A stretch of 64,000 nucleotides of DNA from Eledone cirrhosa (Eukaryota). A model generated the notes under the pieces. That model did no database searches, was not told the origin of the DNA, and was given only the letters and a program-made list of their open reading frames with translations. Positions within the stretch are counted from its first letter, which is position 1, and each line of letters starts with the position of its first letter. The position numbers and the translations under genes are program-made. The stretch spans positions 16,926,001 to 16,990,000 of the forward strand of contig OZ024747.1 of NCBI GenBank assembly GCA_964016885.1, written 5' to 3'. Shown here piece after piece: positions 41,699-56,878 of this stretch.

Positions 41699-41890
41699 AA
41701 GGGCGGTGGATTGGCAGCATCGGTAGAGGGTCACACGCCATGATTTGACGCATAGAGATACGGCTCTTTCCAGTCTGACTTCATATTCCGCCGGGGTTAA
41801 CTTTTCCTTTCATCCTTACGGGGTCGATGAAATAAAGTACCAGTAATGAACTGGATAATTACTGGCCTTGTGCGAAATGTAGAAACAATT
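41699..41890 (+). mobile_element. tRNA-derived SINE
   Basis: A-box-like TGGCAGCATCGG, B-box-like GACTTCATATTCC, core CCTTTCATCCTTACGGGGTCGATGAAATAAAGTACCAGT. Confidence 0.7.
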
Positions 41891-42744
41891 ATTAAGGACG
41901 TATGAAATGTTTTCTTTCTATAATGGCCCTGAACACACAAGCTGATTTTTGTATAAGTGGATTGTTCTTCCTTACAAGATTTGTCAAACATATAAAGTAC
42001 GTACGAATCGGGAAAAACATTGATTTTTAAATTCCTTAACTACTATTGTTGTTATTGTTTGCTTTTCTTTTTTTGCACGCTTTGTTATATATCAACAACC
42101 TTTCATGTTTCATTTGACGGCAGAGAGATCATGTGCTGGAGAATTTACAAAATACACGACTCTTTAAAGCTAATATTAACATTCATACATATGTCATCAT
42201 AGATAACTGGTATATGTCTATGAAACTGCGTTTACTTATTTATAAATGTATGAAGCCGTTGCTTACATCGATAAAGAAGTTACAAACTTCTAAGAAATTG
42301 GTTGTGGGTTTTCGCTATCCAACATTATCATCGATAATTAAATACTAAACTTTTATAGTGTAACCGACTTTTATGAAACAATATTGATGATTGCCTCTAG
42401 CCATTTGTTGAAGTGATCTTTGAAGTTGATTTATTTCTACCGTTTATCTGTTGATTTGAAAATGTAAATGCAAAAGAGATGAAGAGATCATACTATTTTT
42501 AAATTAGTTGTTGACTTAAATCATCTTTGCAATGTTTACGTTCACACACATGTTACGTGTGTGCACAAAATTCCGCGAGTGCATTGTTGCACGCCTAGAA
42601 CGGTAGAGTCACAAGGCCATTCTTTCAAACATTATCTATTTTCATACATCAACACGTTGATTTCGAATACCGGAAAACAAATTCGACTTTACATTTCATC
42701 CGTCGGTTGTAACTCACACACAAACGAACGATAATACACAGACA

Positions 42745-42822
<78 letters not shown>

Positions 42823-42980
42823 TGTAAACTCTGCTAAGAGTATTGCAATCGCTTGTCAGATTACAGAAACTGGTGCATTTTAGGCTACGACCAGCCACAC
42901 GAACCTGTAACAGATCCTGAACAAGGAATACCTGTGCTTTGAAGGTTTTTTAAGTGGGAAAAGGCCTTGCAGTCTACCAA

Positions 42981-43083
<103 letters not shown>

Positions 43084-43099
43084 CTATCTATAGATATAT

Positions 43100-43841
43100 A
43101 TATTATGGAAAACGAAGAATGAGTGATGCATCGAAATAATTTATTAATGCATTACAATTGTTTCTCCGGCGAACAGCTCGAGGTACGATCTATTTGTGGA
43201 TCGAACCTGACTCTGGATTCGCAAGTTCCTCAGATACGCCTATCGATTTCGAAGCAAATCTGTCTGTTTTATCCCGTCCCTTAGAATTTCCTTCATTTGC
43301 CATAATCATGTTAGCGCGGCCCATCGATTGGTCAAGAGTTCGAGACGTTATCTGTATGTTTGACCATTCAAACATACATATGACGTCTCGAACTCGGACG
43401 GGATAAAACAGACAGGTTTGCTTCGAAGTTGATAGGCGAATCTGAGGAACTTGCGAATCCAGAGTCAGGTGCGATCGACAAATAGATCGTACTTCGAGCT
43501 GTTTGCCGGAGAAACAATCGTAATACATTAATAAATTGTGTTTCGATGCATCACTGATTCTACGTTTTCCACATTATTATACTCTTCTCTGAAGGAGCAT
43601 AGAGTGCTCAACCGGCATACCGCCTACGGACGCACAAAAGCAACCTTACCGGTATGCCGGGTGAGCACCCTATTCTCCTTCAGAGAAGAGTATAATAATA
43701 TGGAAAACGAAGAATCAGTGATGCATCGGAACACAATTTATTAACGTATTACAATTGTTTTTTTCCGGTAAACAGCTCGAGGTTCGATCTATTTGTGGAT
43801 CGCACCTGACTCTGGATACGCAAGTTCCTCAGATACGTCTA
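43100..43841. mobile_element. Family M three-armed foldback (minus/plus/minus) with an internal 60-bp hairpin
   Basis: Arm1 43100-43279, hairpin 43337-43395, arm2 43396-43620, arm3 43651-43841. Confidence 0.88.
43438..43526 (+). ncRNA. Type I hammerhead (family M; mirrors at 43149-43238 and 43744-43838 minus)
   Basis: Consensus gtat CTGAGGA [long stem II including aggtgcgatc/gatcgtactt] GAAAC aatt GTA|atac; arm 3 has lost G12. Confidence 0.72.
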
Positions 43842-43857
43842 TATATATATATATACG

Positions 43858-43934
<77 letters not shown>

Positions 43935-44072
43935 GAATTAATTCCGTCGGAAAGGTACAGGAAAAAAGTGGTCTATGTAGGTTACAGAGCTTATTAGTTA
44001 TGTAATAAACAACATCAGATAATTATTTCATTTACCAGTGGTTTCTTGATATATATATATATATATATATAT

Positions 44073-44201
<129 letters not shown>

Positions 44202-47200
44202 TGCACGTTACATAGATAAATACATTCGTAAACCTAATTTTATGCCAATGTGTGAAATAACTATTAATACGTGATGCAATGATCACCAGTATACTATTCC
44301 TGAACATTATCTAAATCCTATAAAATTATCCCATATGAAAAATTCCGTTTATTGCTAAATAAAATTACCCTCGGAAAAGAGAGCATAATTAAATTCTATG
44401 CTAGAAATGTGATAAAGTTAATGAAACTATAGAAAAAAATCGCTATGCGCCAATCTTTAAATGCATTAGTTAGACTTGCAAATGGAGTTTTGCATAAATA
44501 ACGAAATATAATGAACGTATTGTTTGTTGCTTTATCCTCTTTAAAATCTTTGTGTTTTGTTTTATTTCCAGCAGCCTTGATTTTGAACATGTCATGAGGA
44601 AAATAATCAATAAATATGACATATATAGTTATTGATAATCAAACAAGCTTACTTAAAACTCATACACATACACACAGTCACATAGCTCGAATATTGTAAG
44701 TGGGGAAATGATAGTAACTATCCTCATAATTTCAAGACCGAAATTTTCTTTCAAACTGTGTCGAAGAAAATACAGCAGCTAAGTTTGAGAACTCATGTAC
44801 TGAGCTGATCAACACTTTGGGGAGCTTTAAAATTAGGTACATGATATTGGAGTATTTTACAATACAACATATTGAAAAGAATGGACATGTTTTCATCTTA
44901 TTAGATATCAATCAAGCATGCTAGTTATGAAGTTGACTAGGATGTCGGGAATAGAAAATTTATGAATTTACCTCTTTTTCTTCATCAGTGAGTACCTAGT
45001 CTATCTTTGGGATAAGCAGAGAAACTCACGATTCTATTAAACTTTACTGATATGAAAATTAAGTTAACACTTATATCATTTCTATGTGTAATGCCTGATA
45101 ATTAAGCCCAGTACATTATAGGGACATTACGGATTGTGGCTTTGTAATTAGGGGTGATGGGCGCACCATTGTGTATTCGTCGTTTGATTTTCGGATCAGG
45201 CGGAGTGTTATTTCACGTAGATACAGTCCTCTCAGCTGGATGATAAAAGAGAATTGTGAGAACATTTGTATCAAGTCACATCGGCCTTTGTGTTTCACTT
45301 GGATATCAACGGCGTCACGAAGAGGGAAGAATTGTATGTATAGATAATTGGCAGTCACCCACAAAACCGCTGACCAAACGTGGGCTTCTGAGAGGCATGC
45401 CCATGATGAGTCAGTCTTTGATGCATAGCTCATACCAAATTATTCCTTCGGGGTGCCTTTTCAGTTAAGTATATTGATGGTAGTCATGTTATGTTTGGGG
45501 CATGTTTAAATTACTGATATCATAAAGTCAAATGCAAATATAATACGCTGATATAACTCAATTCATTCTAAATTATATTAATCTGACCTCAGCAGTCCCA
45601 GTGTTCATAGAGCGCTGTTCCTTTATGTTGCAATGCCTATGTGTAGCTAGATAGATGGGATTGTGTTACTCGGGTATAGATATAGGACAGTCATTTCCAA
45701 AGTACTCAAACTACCAGTCTCGTGTTGGTAGGTACTCATAGATTCTATTGCTATAATCATTACTATCGAATTAATGTATCTTAAATGGTTTATACCTTCA
45801 ATGAATCTACTATATTGACCTAATGGTATACAATTCGAATTTACCCCACTTTCGGCTATAATGATAGCATTAAACCTTTAAAGATATTGACGTCATAGAA
45901 TCAAAGTGTTTCGAATCAACTCACCTACTTCATAAACTTAATGTTTTCTACGAAGTTTGAAAAAATAAATGACGAAAGAGATTATAATCCTCTACAAATA
46001 ACTCCTATTTCATGACATTATAATTACAAAATAATCAGGTCTAAGTTTATGACTTCGTGATTGTAGATAACGCTTAATGACCAACTCAAATTACAACAGC
46101 GTCATTAACTTAAGTAATGTTGATGTTGTATAAAGATTTCACAGATTCAATTACACAGTTGTATTTGTATATAGTGTAAAATACACAATCGTTGATTGTC
46201 TCTCGAGCTTCCAATTTATTCTATTGTGGAAAGACAAAAAAACAGGGGTCATTGAGGTCCATAACGACATTGAAATGAATAAAATTCCATTGTTATGATT
46301 AGACGTATTTAAGGAGGCGTGCATTGTGATACAAAGTCTATCCGGAAGACAGTCTAGAAACTTTTGAGATTGCTAGTGATAAATATTAATTTATAATCAG
46401 ATATTTAAACTGTCTGGTCTGACTAAGCGACAGTAATATTTTAGTTGAATACTGCTGGCAGGCAGATGCATTGTTGATCTGAAATATGTGCACAAATATT
46501 CAATTAGGAACCTATTTAGAAATCTTTAGTTATGAATATATATTTGTCAAAATATAAAGCTTATCGTAGATTTATAGAGCAAACCGAGTGTATTATTTTT
46601 AATGAGTAGGAAACAAAGGCAACTAAGCATACACAATGCAGATAGATAGTATTGTTATGTTTTAGTGCATTATATAAATCTTTATAAAACAGTTTTAACA
46701 TCAATATCCATTATTACTTTTGTTTATTGAACTTGGAGTAAATACACTCTATGACAGGATTGTTACGGAAAATAATAATTCATATCAATATCTATGTAAC
46801 TATTTTGCTATAAACGATTTTGCAAAGTATGCAAGGATAGCTCAGTTGCCATGTTTCTCCAAAATAAATATTTCATCGTGACGTGCCTCATACAGCAAGC
46901 AAAGTAAATATGTTTGTACGCCATTCATCACTTATTAAAAGTTATTGTCAGATGTTCATTTTTAAGTTGGTTTTATTTTTGCTTAATAATATACCAGTCT
47001 TCATCATTCAGAACTATGACCCAAAACATTCCAGTTTTGTCCAACTCTTAATTATTTCAAGATATTCTATACAAACAAAATTTACCAAATATTTTTATTT
47101 TTCTAAAAGTATATAATGAGGGTTTTAGATAGATCGGTTATATTTCCGAAAGGGTAACCAATTACGCAGAACACCCTCAAACACTCGTAATTACGGTTAA

Positions 47201-50200
47201 TAATGTAGAGATCCGTTTGCTTTAATTCTTCTTTTTAAAAACAGGCGCCAACGCATTAAACTCGCAGAAAAAGGAAATGAGGAAATTACGGTCATTAATC
47301 GTTCCGCTGATATGTAACATGATTGGTGTATATCTTAAACCATTTTCGTTCTTCGGCTTTCTTAGTGAAGTAATTTTAAACACTAATATGTAAAACATAA
47401 AATGCTCTGACAATATTATTTGCTTCCCCAATAGTATTTGTTTCCCTAACATCATCTGACATATTGCAACTAATTTTGTGGTATGTTCTCATTTCCTTAA
47501 ATCCCTATGATAATTATTTAGTATATAAAGTAAGTTGTGCTACATCTGTACTATTTATATTAAGTTTTAAAAGCGCAAAATAATCAGGTTTAACTAATTG
47601 TATATTTATGCATTCGCCTCAAAAGTGGAAATGTGTTAGAGTAGCTGAAAATGATGTGTTGAGCAGATCTAACATATTAATAGGGATTTTCTGAAATGAA
47701 TAAATCGTTGTGGGTTTAATGTATTTTAATTTACGTGTCGAATTCATCCCACAATTGCCACTTAAACATCTATATCTGCAGTTGCCCCTACAATTGGTAT
47801 TACATACATTAAGGAAGAATACTTTCGATTTCTGCTTAAATGGATATTGGTGCATATTGGCGTGGAACTTAGGACACTTAAAGCTAATAACATATTCAGT
47901 CGACTACTTTGGTGTTTTCGATTGCTATTCATACTATGATATTCTATCATCGACTTATCGAATCTAGAGTAATCAATGACTAGTCGATGCAAGCTTTTAG
48001 ACATTTTCTATCGAATCTTTTAATGTAATTTACATAAATCTAATTGATGGTGAAAACAAAGCACTTCGAACATTACAAATATTTTGTCTGGTTAGATATG
48101 AGATAATAATTGTTGCGAAAGAAATTTAAATATAATTCAAAGTTTGTGAGCAATATCCTGATGTGAAGCGATATTGACTTGTTTATATAATGATAAGAAG
48201 CTGTCAGTATTTCACTTACATTCTTCGACACTATCTGCATTATGGAAATTAATGGTATAGAACGAAATGCAGTAGGTTATTTACATTAGCCAGCCAGTGA
48301 ACATCTACGTCGTTGATCGACTATTAAAACGAACATCCAAATCTCACTCATTCCACATTGTAATGTTTTGGAGCAGCATGGTAATATTTGACAATGAAAT
48401 GTTAAATATACGAAAACGTAGGTATGTCATGATTACAATGTATTGGATCATAATACTTCTCACTCAGAAATATATCAGGGTAAACAAAATCGATAACATT
48501 CATTACAGAGAGATAGCTAACTTCTTTCTCCATCTGAAATTAAATATTTTACCGCATCATTCAAAATATAAATCCTCAATCTCAGCAAACACCCGAAATT
48601 TAAAACCAAAATTAATTTTGTCTTTCATTCTGCTATGCTGGATATATCAAATTACCACACACTTCACTCACATTTGATGAACTTGGGCCTAAATTAAAAA
48701 TCACTATTAATGCCTACAAATAATATATCAAATTATTGAAACTAGTCAAGAATGATAGAAGAGTACCTGCTAGCTTCTAAAGCTTGCACTCAATATGTTT
48801 AGATTTTGGAAATAAAATGAAAGATAAATTATGTAAGATCGATCTACCAGAAATATTGGATACATTTCCGTTAAACGATATTCATTAGCACATAGGCATG
48901 TGCATTTCAGGGAATATTCTTCAGAAGATAAGATCATGAACTTTATCTTTGGGTTGTTTTGATCGTCGGTATACATTGGGGATTAATACCACCACCAACA
49001 CAGAGAAGTATAATTATCTGCATATTTACGCATGTATGTTTTATCTAGAAAAATATCTGGAAGCTTGTAGGATGAAATGTGAATGTAATTCAAAGAGACA
49101 GCCACGTTACACACCTTTCAACGCTGACCCTGAGAATTACGTTTAGGTACAAGATTTTGCGGAATATACATCCCCTTACAGGTAATTTTTTGAACAGGCT
49201 GTTCCGTTGATCGGAGAAATGGAACATTTATCTTCGAAATTGAAGAAGATCCATTCTCTGTCCAGAGGATTTGGAGGAAATCTCAAGAGGATCTGCAAAA
49301 TTAGTTATTGATTGATACAATTTGTGAAAAATGCAAGTAAACTAATTTAACCTATGTTGTGTGCTGCAACAACTCTATAACCAGTATTTCGAGAATTGCT
49401 TAAAGAAACTTCATTAATATATTTCGAGTTCATTCAATTAACAATATTTTCATACGGTGAAAATTTATTCCGTGTTTACCCAAAGGAAATCATTATTAAA
49501 CATGAAAATACCTTCGAGGTTTGGAAGTCACCGTTATGCTAAGAAATAAACAAACATCTATATTATCATTTAATTGTGTTAAATTATTTACATAGACATT
49601 TATAGCAGTTTCTTAATCTAATGATTATTGAAGGAAGCAGCTACATTTACCTTAAATGTGATATATATCTCTTCTTGAAAACTAACAGTTCGTACTATTC
49701 TTTCTATTGTACCGAGGAGGAAAGGGGGAGGCTAAAAACGAGAAATATATATTTTTTTGAAATACTTGAAATCAACGACACCAGATTGTTTTTGCAGAAG
49801 ATCATATGGCACTTCAGCTTATTAACTACGACTTGTTACATATTCAAGTAAAAAAACGAGCCGCAACAGCAATAGATAGTTTGTAATCAATACTTCCATG
49901 ACATAAGGAGAAATAATTCTGAATGTATATAGGCAATGGTGTCTACTTCCCACAAACATGGTGATATATTTCAATTTTATTATCTATGAAATATTAGGAA
50001 TTGAAAATTACATGTAATCAATAAGGCAGATCATACAGAACAGACATGAATTATGTTTATTTTTTGTTTGATTTTAAATTCGATTCTCACATAATGGATC
50101 ATCAATAACATTTTTATACTGCAACATTTTATTTAAGCTCACAAATATATTGATCAAAGTCAATCTAAGAAATATATAAATTGTGTGGGGGGGGGGGGGG

Positions 50201-50571
50201 GGGGGGAGGGAGCACCGAAAAAAATTATAAATACTTGGAAACACACTTGACTAACGGGTGGTAGTAGTATAGAAAAACCGTTAGACTTTCATAACAATAG
50301 GAAGAGGAAAACCACTTTCTACTTGCACGGTTCAGAATTTGTTCAACATTTTTCATCTCTCTTTCTTTCCTACTTAAGTTCGATCATCTTCACTGTCTGT
50401 TGTGTGTAATGTCGCTAGCACTTCTACACTTCAACAAATTCTATTATTGATCCTATATCGATTTATTGACATAATAAATATGTTGTTACTGAGGTATAAA
50501 AATATATATAATTGTGTTGTGTGTATATATACATATGTATATACACATGCATATGCATACACACACATATA

Positions 50572-50930
50572 TAACAAAGGAAATGTGGTAAGGAACCAGA
50601 TGGACCATAACGCACCAAGGTACTCAATACTTAGGGTAGTAGAGTGGGAAATGGAAAAAAGTTTGACCCCGACGGCAGAGCTCAAGCCGTTTCGACGGCT
50701 TTTTCTGGACTAAATTAGAATGTTTAGCCTGGTGAATAAGTAGCCGAACTTGTCAAAGGGGTTTACAACAAATTTTAACCAATCCTCTTGACAACTACAA
50801 TCTTCCCATATAAGGAAGGACCCCTTTGACAAGTTCGGCTATTTATTCACCAGGCTAAACATTCTAATTTAGTCCAGAAAAAGCGGTCGAAACGGCTTGA
50901 GCTCTGCCGTCGGGGTCATACTTTTTCCTA
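50572..50930. mobile_element. Family L foldback: arms ~50652-50761 / 50821-50928, tail 50572-50651
   Basis: Inverted arms; other copies at 40051-40174 and 52198-52386, fragments at 21152-21201. Confidence 0.9.
50819..50917 (+). ncRNA. Type I hammerhead with U3-A8 core and stable stem III (family L; mirror 50665-50761 minus)
   Basis: gacccc t TTGACAA gttcggct...agc(c/g)gtc GAAAC ggc-ttgagctct-gcc GTC|ggggtc. Confidence 0.75.
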
Positions 50931-50982
50931 TATATATATATACATATATACACAACCTATATACATTGATGAATACATATAC

Positions 50983-51014
<32 letters not shown>

Positions 51015-51614
51015 GTGTGTATCTGTGCCTATATAAATATATATATATATATATGTGTGTGTGTATGTGTATGTGTGTATACATGTATGCATGTATGCGT
51101 GTATGTGTGTATACATATATGCATGTATGCATGTATATGTTCATAGCTAAGAAATAAATGAAATATAAGCACACATTCGATTAAATCTTGCAGTTGCCTC
51201 TAACTTATTAAAGTTCGATACAATTCAACTAGAGTAAAATCAATATATTTTTTTACATTATATGTTTTCTAAAGTGGTCGTCTTCATCATACTTCAATAG
51301 TAACAGTAAAGTTTTTTCGTCATTATTTGAAAATCTGTATATAGATGTGTAGTGATGTGTGGGGCATTAATAATATGTAAGAGAGAGCTCTGGATATTAT
51401 CCTTAAATTATTGCCTCGGAGACCTTGATGTTACGCATTTTGAAGATCGGGAAACCGTCATTTTCTTTTTTACATGTAGCATATATTGTCTATGTTTAGC
51501 AACATACATATCTACGATCCTAACCTCGAAATATCAAGAAATATAAGTTAAAGTTACAACATTCTATTCTTTTATTTCCATTCTACTGGCTTTCCGAAAC
51601 CAATAGTTACTATA

Positions 51615-51784
51615 TATATAGAGAGATCGCTAAACGACGCCTAATGCGGTCCCTGGGGCATTGGAAATTTGAAATATCCTTTGCTCAAAACACTCACACG
51701 ACCATAAGTATTACATGTGTAAAGTTTGAAAAAATCGGTTGGGTGGTTCTCGAGTTTTAGGGAGTCAGACAGACATACATTCTC

Positions 51785-51792
<8 letters not shown>
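51615..51792 (+). repeat. Possible Helitron/HINE-like non-autonomous fragment
   Basis: AAAGTTTGAAAAAATCGGTTGGGTGGTTCTCGAG...CAGACAGACATACATTCTCTGTTTTATATA resembles such 3' regions; recognition only. Confidence 0.3.
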
Positions 51793-51877
<85 letters not shown>

Positions 51878-52136
51878 ATTTTGAGTATGCGTTGGTTAAT
51901 CACCGACACGTCATTATGCATAGTAACGCTCTCGACGAAGTATGTAAGTGGGTTTACTACAGAGTATATGCATAAACAACACGTATAAGTCAACATGTTA
52001 AAATTCATTTCGTTTATACATAGTCGCTGTTATATTTATTTCGTTCATAACTATACAACCACTATGACCTCATGAGGCAGCTAAAGTTTTCTATGAATAA
52101 ACGAAGTTAATTTTAAACTGTTGACTTATAGTTCTT

Positions 52137-52197
<61 letters not shown>

Positions 52198-52200
<3 letters not shown>

Positions 52201-52386
52201 CAAAGGAAGTGTGGTAAGGAACCAGATGGACCAGATGGACTCAATACTTTGGGTAGTAGAGTGGGTAATAGGAAAATATTCAAAACCCCGACGGCAGAGC
52301 TCATCGACGGCTATTTCTAATAGCCGTCGAGAAATAGCCGTCGAAACGGCTTGAGCTCCGCCGTCGGGGTCTTGAATATTTTCCTA
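52198..52386. mobile_element. Family L short foldback (tail on the left; HHR 5' core absent)
   Basis: TAGGAAAATATTCAA.ACCCCGACGGC and its reverse complement. Confidence 0.8.
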
Positions 52387-52404
52387 TATATATATATATA
52401 TATA

Positions 52405-53218
52405 TATATCAACTAGAAATTGATTGACATATATAAATATATATATTTAAAATAAACACATGAAACAATCACAGGGGATAATTTGTACAGTGTGTAAGTA
52501 CTAGGTAGGTAACTAATTAAAGTTTAACTAGAACTTCAAATATTACCTTTTAAAAATGATTAATCTTCCTTGTATATATTTCATTAAAAAATATATTTCA
52601 CCAATTAATCCGTAAACTCACAGTAGTTAAATCGTATCTTCATCAAGGAGAAGATTCAACTATGTGCGTTTACACATTAAATGCAAATCTGCGAATGACG
52701 GGTCGCACGTGGTTCATCCCTAAAACTACACACATCGTGCCAGCTTCATCCCAGTGGCGTGAATAGGGTTATTGACAGCTAGAAATAGCAGCCGAATCCT
52801 TTCAATTAAGGGAGTCATGTCCGAGACATGCGCCATATTAGCATTTCATGTGTAAACGCAGATAGTTGAATCTTCTCCTTGCTGAAGATTCGGTTTTGAC
52901 TACTGTGAGTTTACGGATTAATTGGTGAAATATATTTCTTTAATGAAATATATGAAAGGAAGATTGACCATTTTTAAAAGGTAATATTTGAAGTTATAGT
53001 TAACCTTTAATTATTTACCTACCTAGCTATGTGTGCTTACACACTGTACAAATTATCCCCTCTGATTGTTTCATGCGTTTATTTTAAATATATATATATA
53101 TGTCAATCAATTTCTAGTTGATATAAAATGCTCGGATCATTGGACTATTTGAGCTTATTCTACGGTGCATATCGCGCATGTCTCGGACATGACTCCCTTA
53201 ATTTAACTAAATTTTGGA
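52405..53218. mobile_element. Family E foldback copy 2, tail on the right (53126-53203)
   Basis: Homologous to 11345-12077; HHR core CTGAAGA at 52882-52888; each arm carries a different core or cleavage-site mutation. Confidence 0.88.
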
Positions 53219-54272
53219 TATATATATATATAAGATTTGATAGAGACAGATAACCAAAGATATTGATCAAATCAACATTTATTTTTTGACACATGTTTCG
53301 ATTAATGTAGATAAAAATGTAATTAGTTCATAACTAACGTTAAAAACTATGTATAATTGATATAACTACACTGATAATACATATGTTTGGCTGCAACAAC
53401 TCTTCGGGAAGATGAAAGACTGATGTGTCTATTTATATTTACAGAAATACCAGACAACCCTCGGAATAACCAATATAGAACACATACTGAAAATGCAAAC
53501 ATCTGGTCATATTGGAGTAACTTGTTTCAGAAATTAACAAAGTATACATTTTCCAGTTCATTGTATACAAATAACAGTAAGAACCTACGAATTCTGCGAT
53601 AACCGAAGGAAAATGGAAGATAACTCTAGATAAATAGCATGGCATACAATCTGTGTCAGTTAGGCGTTTAAAATATTTCCTTAAGAAAATAGACGGACAA
53701 AACTAAAGACCTGCACAACCATATATGACAAACACATGTGCGCATATATAAGCATAAATGAAGCATGCCATGTGAACACAATATTAATGTGGGCGAAGTA
53801 CTCAATACACACGAGGACGCATAAATATTTGCGAAGTATACTAAAGCATATAAAGTGCCCATATATAGATAGTTTCATTTCTATATAAAGTCGTATGTAA
53901 AACACCATAGCTGCATTAGTACACATTACCACTTCTGTGAGTGTATGTATTCACAGACATATAGATATTCTCATGTAAAGACAGAAGTGAAAGATAGAGG
54001 GATAAAAATAGTAATATATAAGGATATCAATAGATACAATGACAATTACACTAAGTATACAAGTATCTTGATACAATACTTAGTATATGACTTGCTATGT
54101 AATTTGGAAATAGATACACAATGTTGCTGAAAACGAAAACAATGATTAATTTCAAATATATTCGTATATTCTTACAGGTAATTATCAAGTAAGATATAAG
54201 AGTATTTTTATATATAAACATATGCATCTACCTACATATTAGATTCTAAATGTATGTATACACCTACACAGA

Positions 54273-54329
<57 letters not shown>

Positions 54330-55564
54330 GTGTTTGTGTGTGTGTGTGTGTGTGTATTTGTATATATTTACACTCACGAAATTTCTTTTATTGTCAACAT
54401 TAAGCTCACAAAAATACACATACGAATAGACACTCTTTACATGTTGCAATTATTTACACAAGTACAGTTCCACAAATATATACATCAAATAACAACATAG
54501 TCTACACTCACTTATGTTAATTAAACAAAAAGGGGGAATTAGTTTATAGAGGAAAAGGACAGAGACTAAAAGGCTGCATATAAATTTAAATCTAAAAAAA
54601 TGAATTGCCTACACATTAAATAGCTATTATACATAGTGAAAAATCAATAAATAACGAGTGTAAATTCATACTCCAGTTGGGTTTACAGGATGAATCACAA
54701 ATTATATGATAATGTAAGGCGCCAACTAGAGTATGGAATAAGACCCCGAATAAGCAATTATTACTGAGTTCCAATGCCACCGAGGTTAACTTTACGGGGT
54801 GGATAAAATATAGTTCCAGTAATGTACTGGGATAATTGCTGGCATTATGCCAAAAGTAGAAACAATTATATGTGGGACATAAGAATCCCAAACCATCATG
54901 TGTATAGAGACTCATACAAATATATAAGGCAATAAGATATATAAGAATCTATACACTTAAATAGGATGCTACGTTCTTAAATATAATGCTTAAGGGATAA
55001 TATGTTTTAATATTATGTAGGGTCAAGTTTCATATCTTAAAAGAAGTGGGATTTTTATGCAGTGAAGTGAAAAGAATTTCTGATATTCTTCTCAAGTATG
55101 GATAATTAGATTTAAAGATATGGTGGGTCTCAGTAAGACACATATTTGCATCTCAAATTCCATGGACTATATCAACTATTACCCATAATAAGAGATTGAC
55201 GTTGTAAGATCCTATATAAAATGTGCCAAGGATGTTGATTTCCTTATGTTTCATTTTTAAGTATATGTAAATGGAAGTAAAGGTGACCAGAGACTTTTGA
55301 ATGTTGCGGAAATATAGAAATTGTTGAAATGTATTTTCCTTGAATCCATTTATATCTCCATTTATATCTCGTGATAACAATAATGGCATTTATATCTCAG
55401 ATAACGATAATGACAACCTCTAAGCCTTAGCGCCCTAAATTTTTTTTATTTTCTGTTAACCTTAGACAGGGGGTGGTATTCCGAAATATTCAATATGAAA
55501 TATATTCTGAAATATTCGATAGGTGAAACATAAAACACCATTGTAAATAGAAAGTTCATCTCTG

Positions 55565-55773
55565 AGACACAAGACCGGACAGTGTGTTTTTTTGGAAGAT
55601 CAGCAGTCACCCATGCATACAGGTCTCCCTTTTCCACGCCACCATTGTTACCCCAGGGAAAGGCTTGGCACCATTGACGTTGCAACTCATATCTGAACTC
55701 AAGCAACGTGAGATGAAGTGCCTTGCTCAACGCATGATTGTAAGTTCAAATCTCTAACCACTAAGCCATGCAC
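55565..55773 (-). mobile_element. Degenerate SINE
   Basis: CAGCAGTCACCCATGCATAC...TTTCCACGCC...GCAACGTGAGATGAAGTGCCTTGCTCAA...TAACCACTAAGCCATGC (tRNA-like head, reverse complement). Confidence 0.65.
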
Positions 55774-55954
55774 AATCGCTATATATATATATATATATAT
55801 ATATAAAAACAAAAACAAAAACAAATAAAAACAAACAAATAACGAAACGAAATTAAATTTCGTTTCGTTTGTAACTCACTTTTGTATGACTGACGCTTAA
55901 ACAATTAAGTTAAAAATGTACATCTACATATGCATACTGAAATACTAGTGTGTA

Positions 55955-56020
<66 letters not shown>

Positions 56021-56026
<6 letters not shown>

Positions 56027-56481
56027 ATACGTATTTAAGAAAGCCACAACAATGCAGAGGGAAATCTCGAGGTAGGAAGTGAAAGATAGATAGGAAAAAC
56101 AGGTGAAAGTGAAAATTGAGAGAGACAAAGATGAAAACAAAACAAAGGTAGAAGGGTTACCGTAGCAGAGATTTAATCCCAATTAACGGCATTCCTGTCT
56201 TAACGACATCACAACTTTCTCCGCTTGGCCTGTTCCCCCCCTTTTGGAACTTTCCCCCGTTGATGGGCGTGAGCCCGAAATATTGGGATTAAATCTCTGC
56301 TACGGTAACCCTTCTACCTTTGTTTTGTTTTCATCTTTGTCTCTCTCAATTTTCACTTTCACCTGTTTTTCCTATCTATCTTTCACTTCCTACCTCGAGA
56401 TTTCCCTCTGCATTGTTGTGGCTTTCTTAAATACGTATTTTACACATTTCACAATGCTTCAAGCAAACTTTAACACCCTCT

Positions 56482-56482
<1 letters not shown>
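56021..56482. mobile_element. Family N foldback: ~160-bp apparently perfect arms (56023-56183 / 56282-56442), tail 56443-56482
   Basis: The ORF track gives an identical 52-residue translation on both strands, confirming the inversion; HHR-like fold at 56253-56288. Confidence 0.9.
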
Positions 56483-56571
<89 letters not shown>

Positions 56572-56574
<3 letters not shown>

Positions 56575-56791
56575 TGAGAAAAATGGGGAGCTGCGTGGTT
56601 GCACATGGGTTTCGTATGAATAAAATTAGTCCTTCATCAGTGATCTTCCAACTTTCATTGGTATTTCATCGCTTTAAAAATCATATACCTCTAGTTCGTG
56701 CGAGCAATAACTCCATAACGTTATTGGGACAAGTAAAATATGGCAAAACGATCGAGACATGTAAACAAACAACAATGGTATTGCAACGGAA

Positions 56792-56878
<87 letters not shown>

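Noticed and set aside
45116-45468. 105-aa and 70-aa ORFs in a slightly GC-richer patch
   Set aside because: No recognisable domain or clear splice signals; possibly an old TE relic but unsupported.
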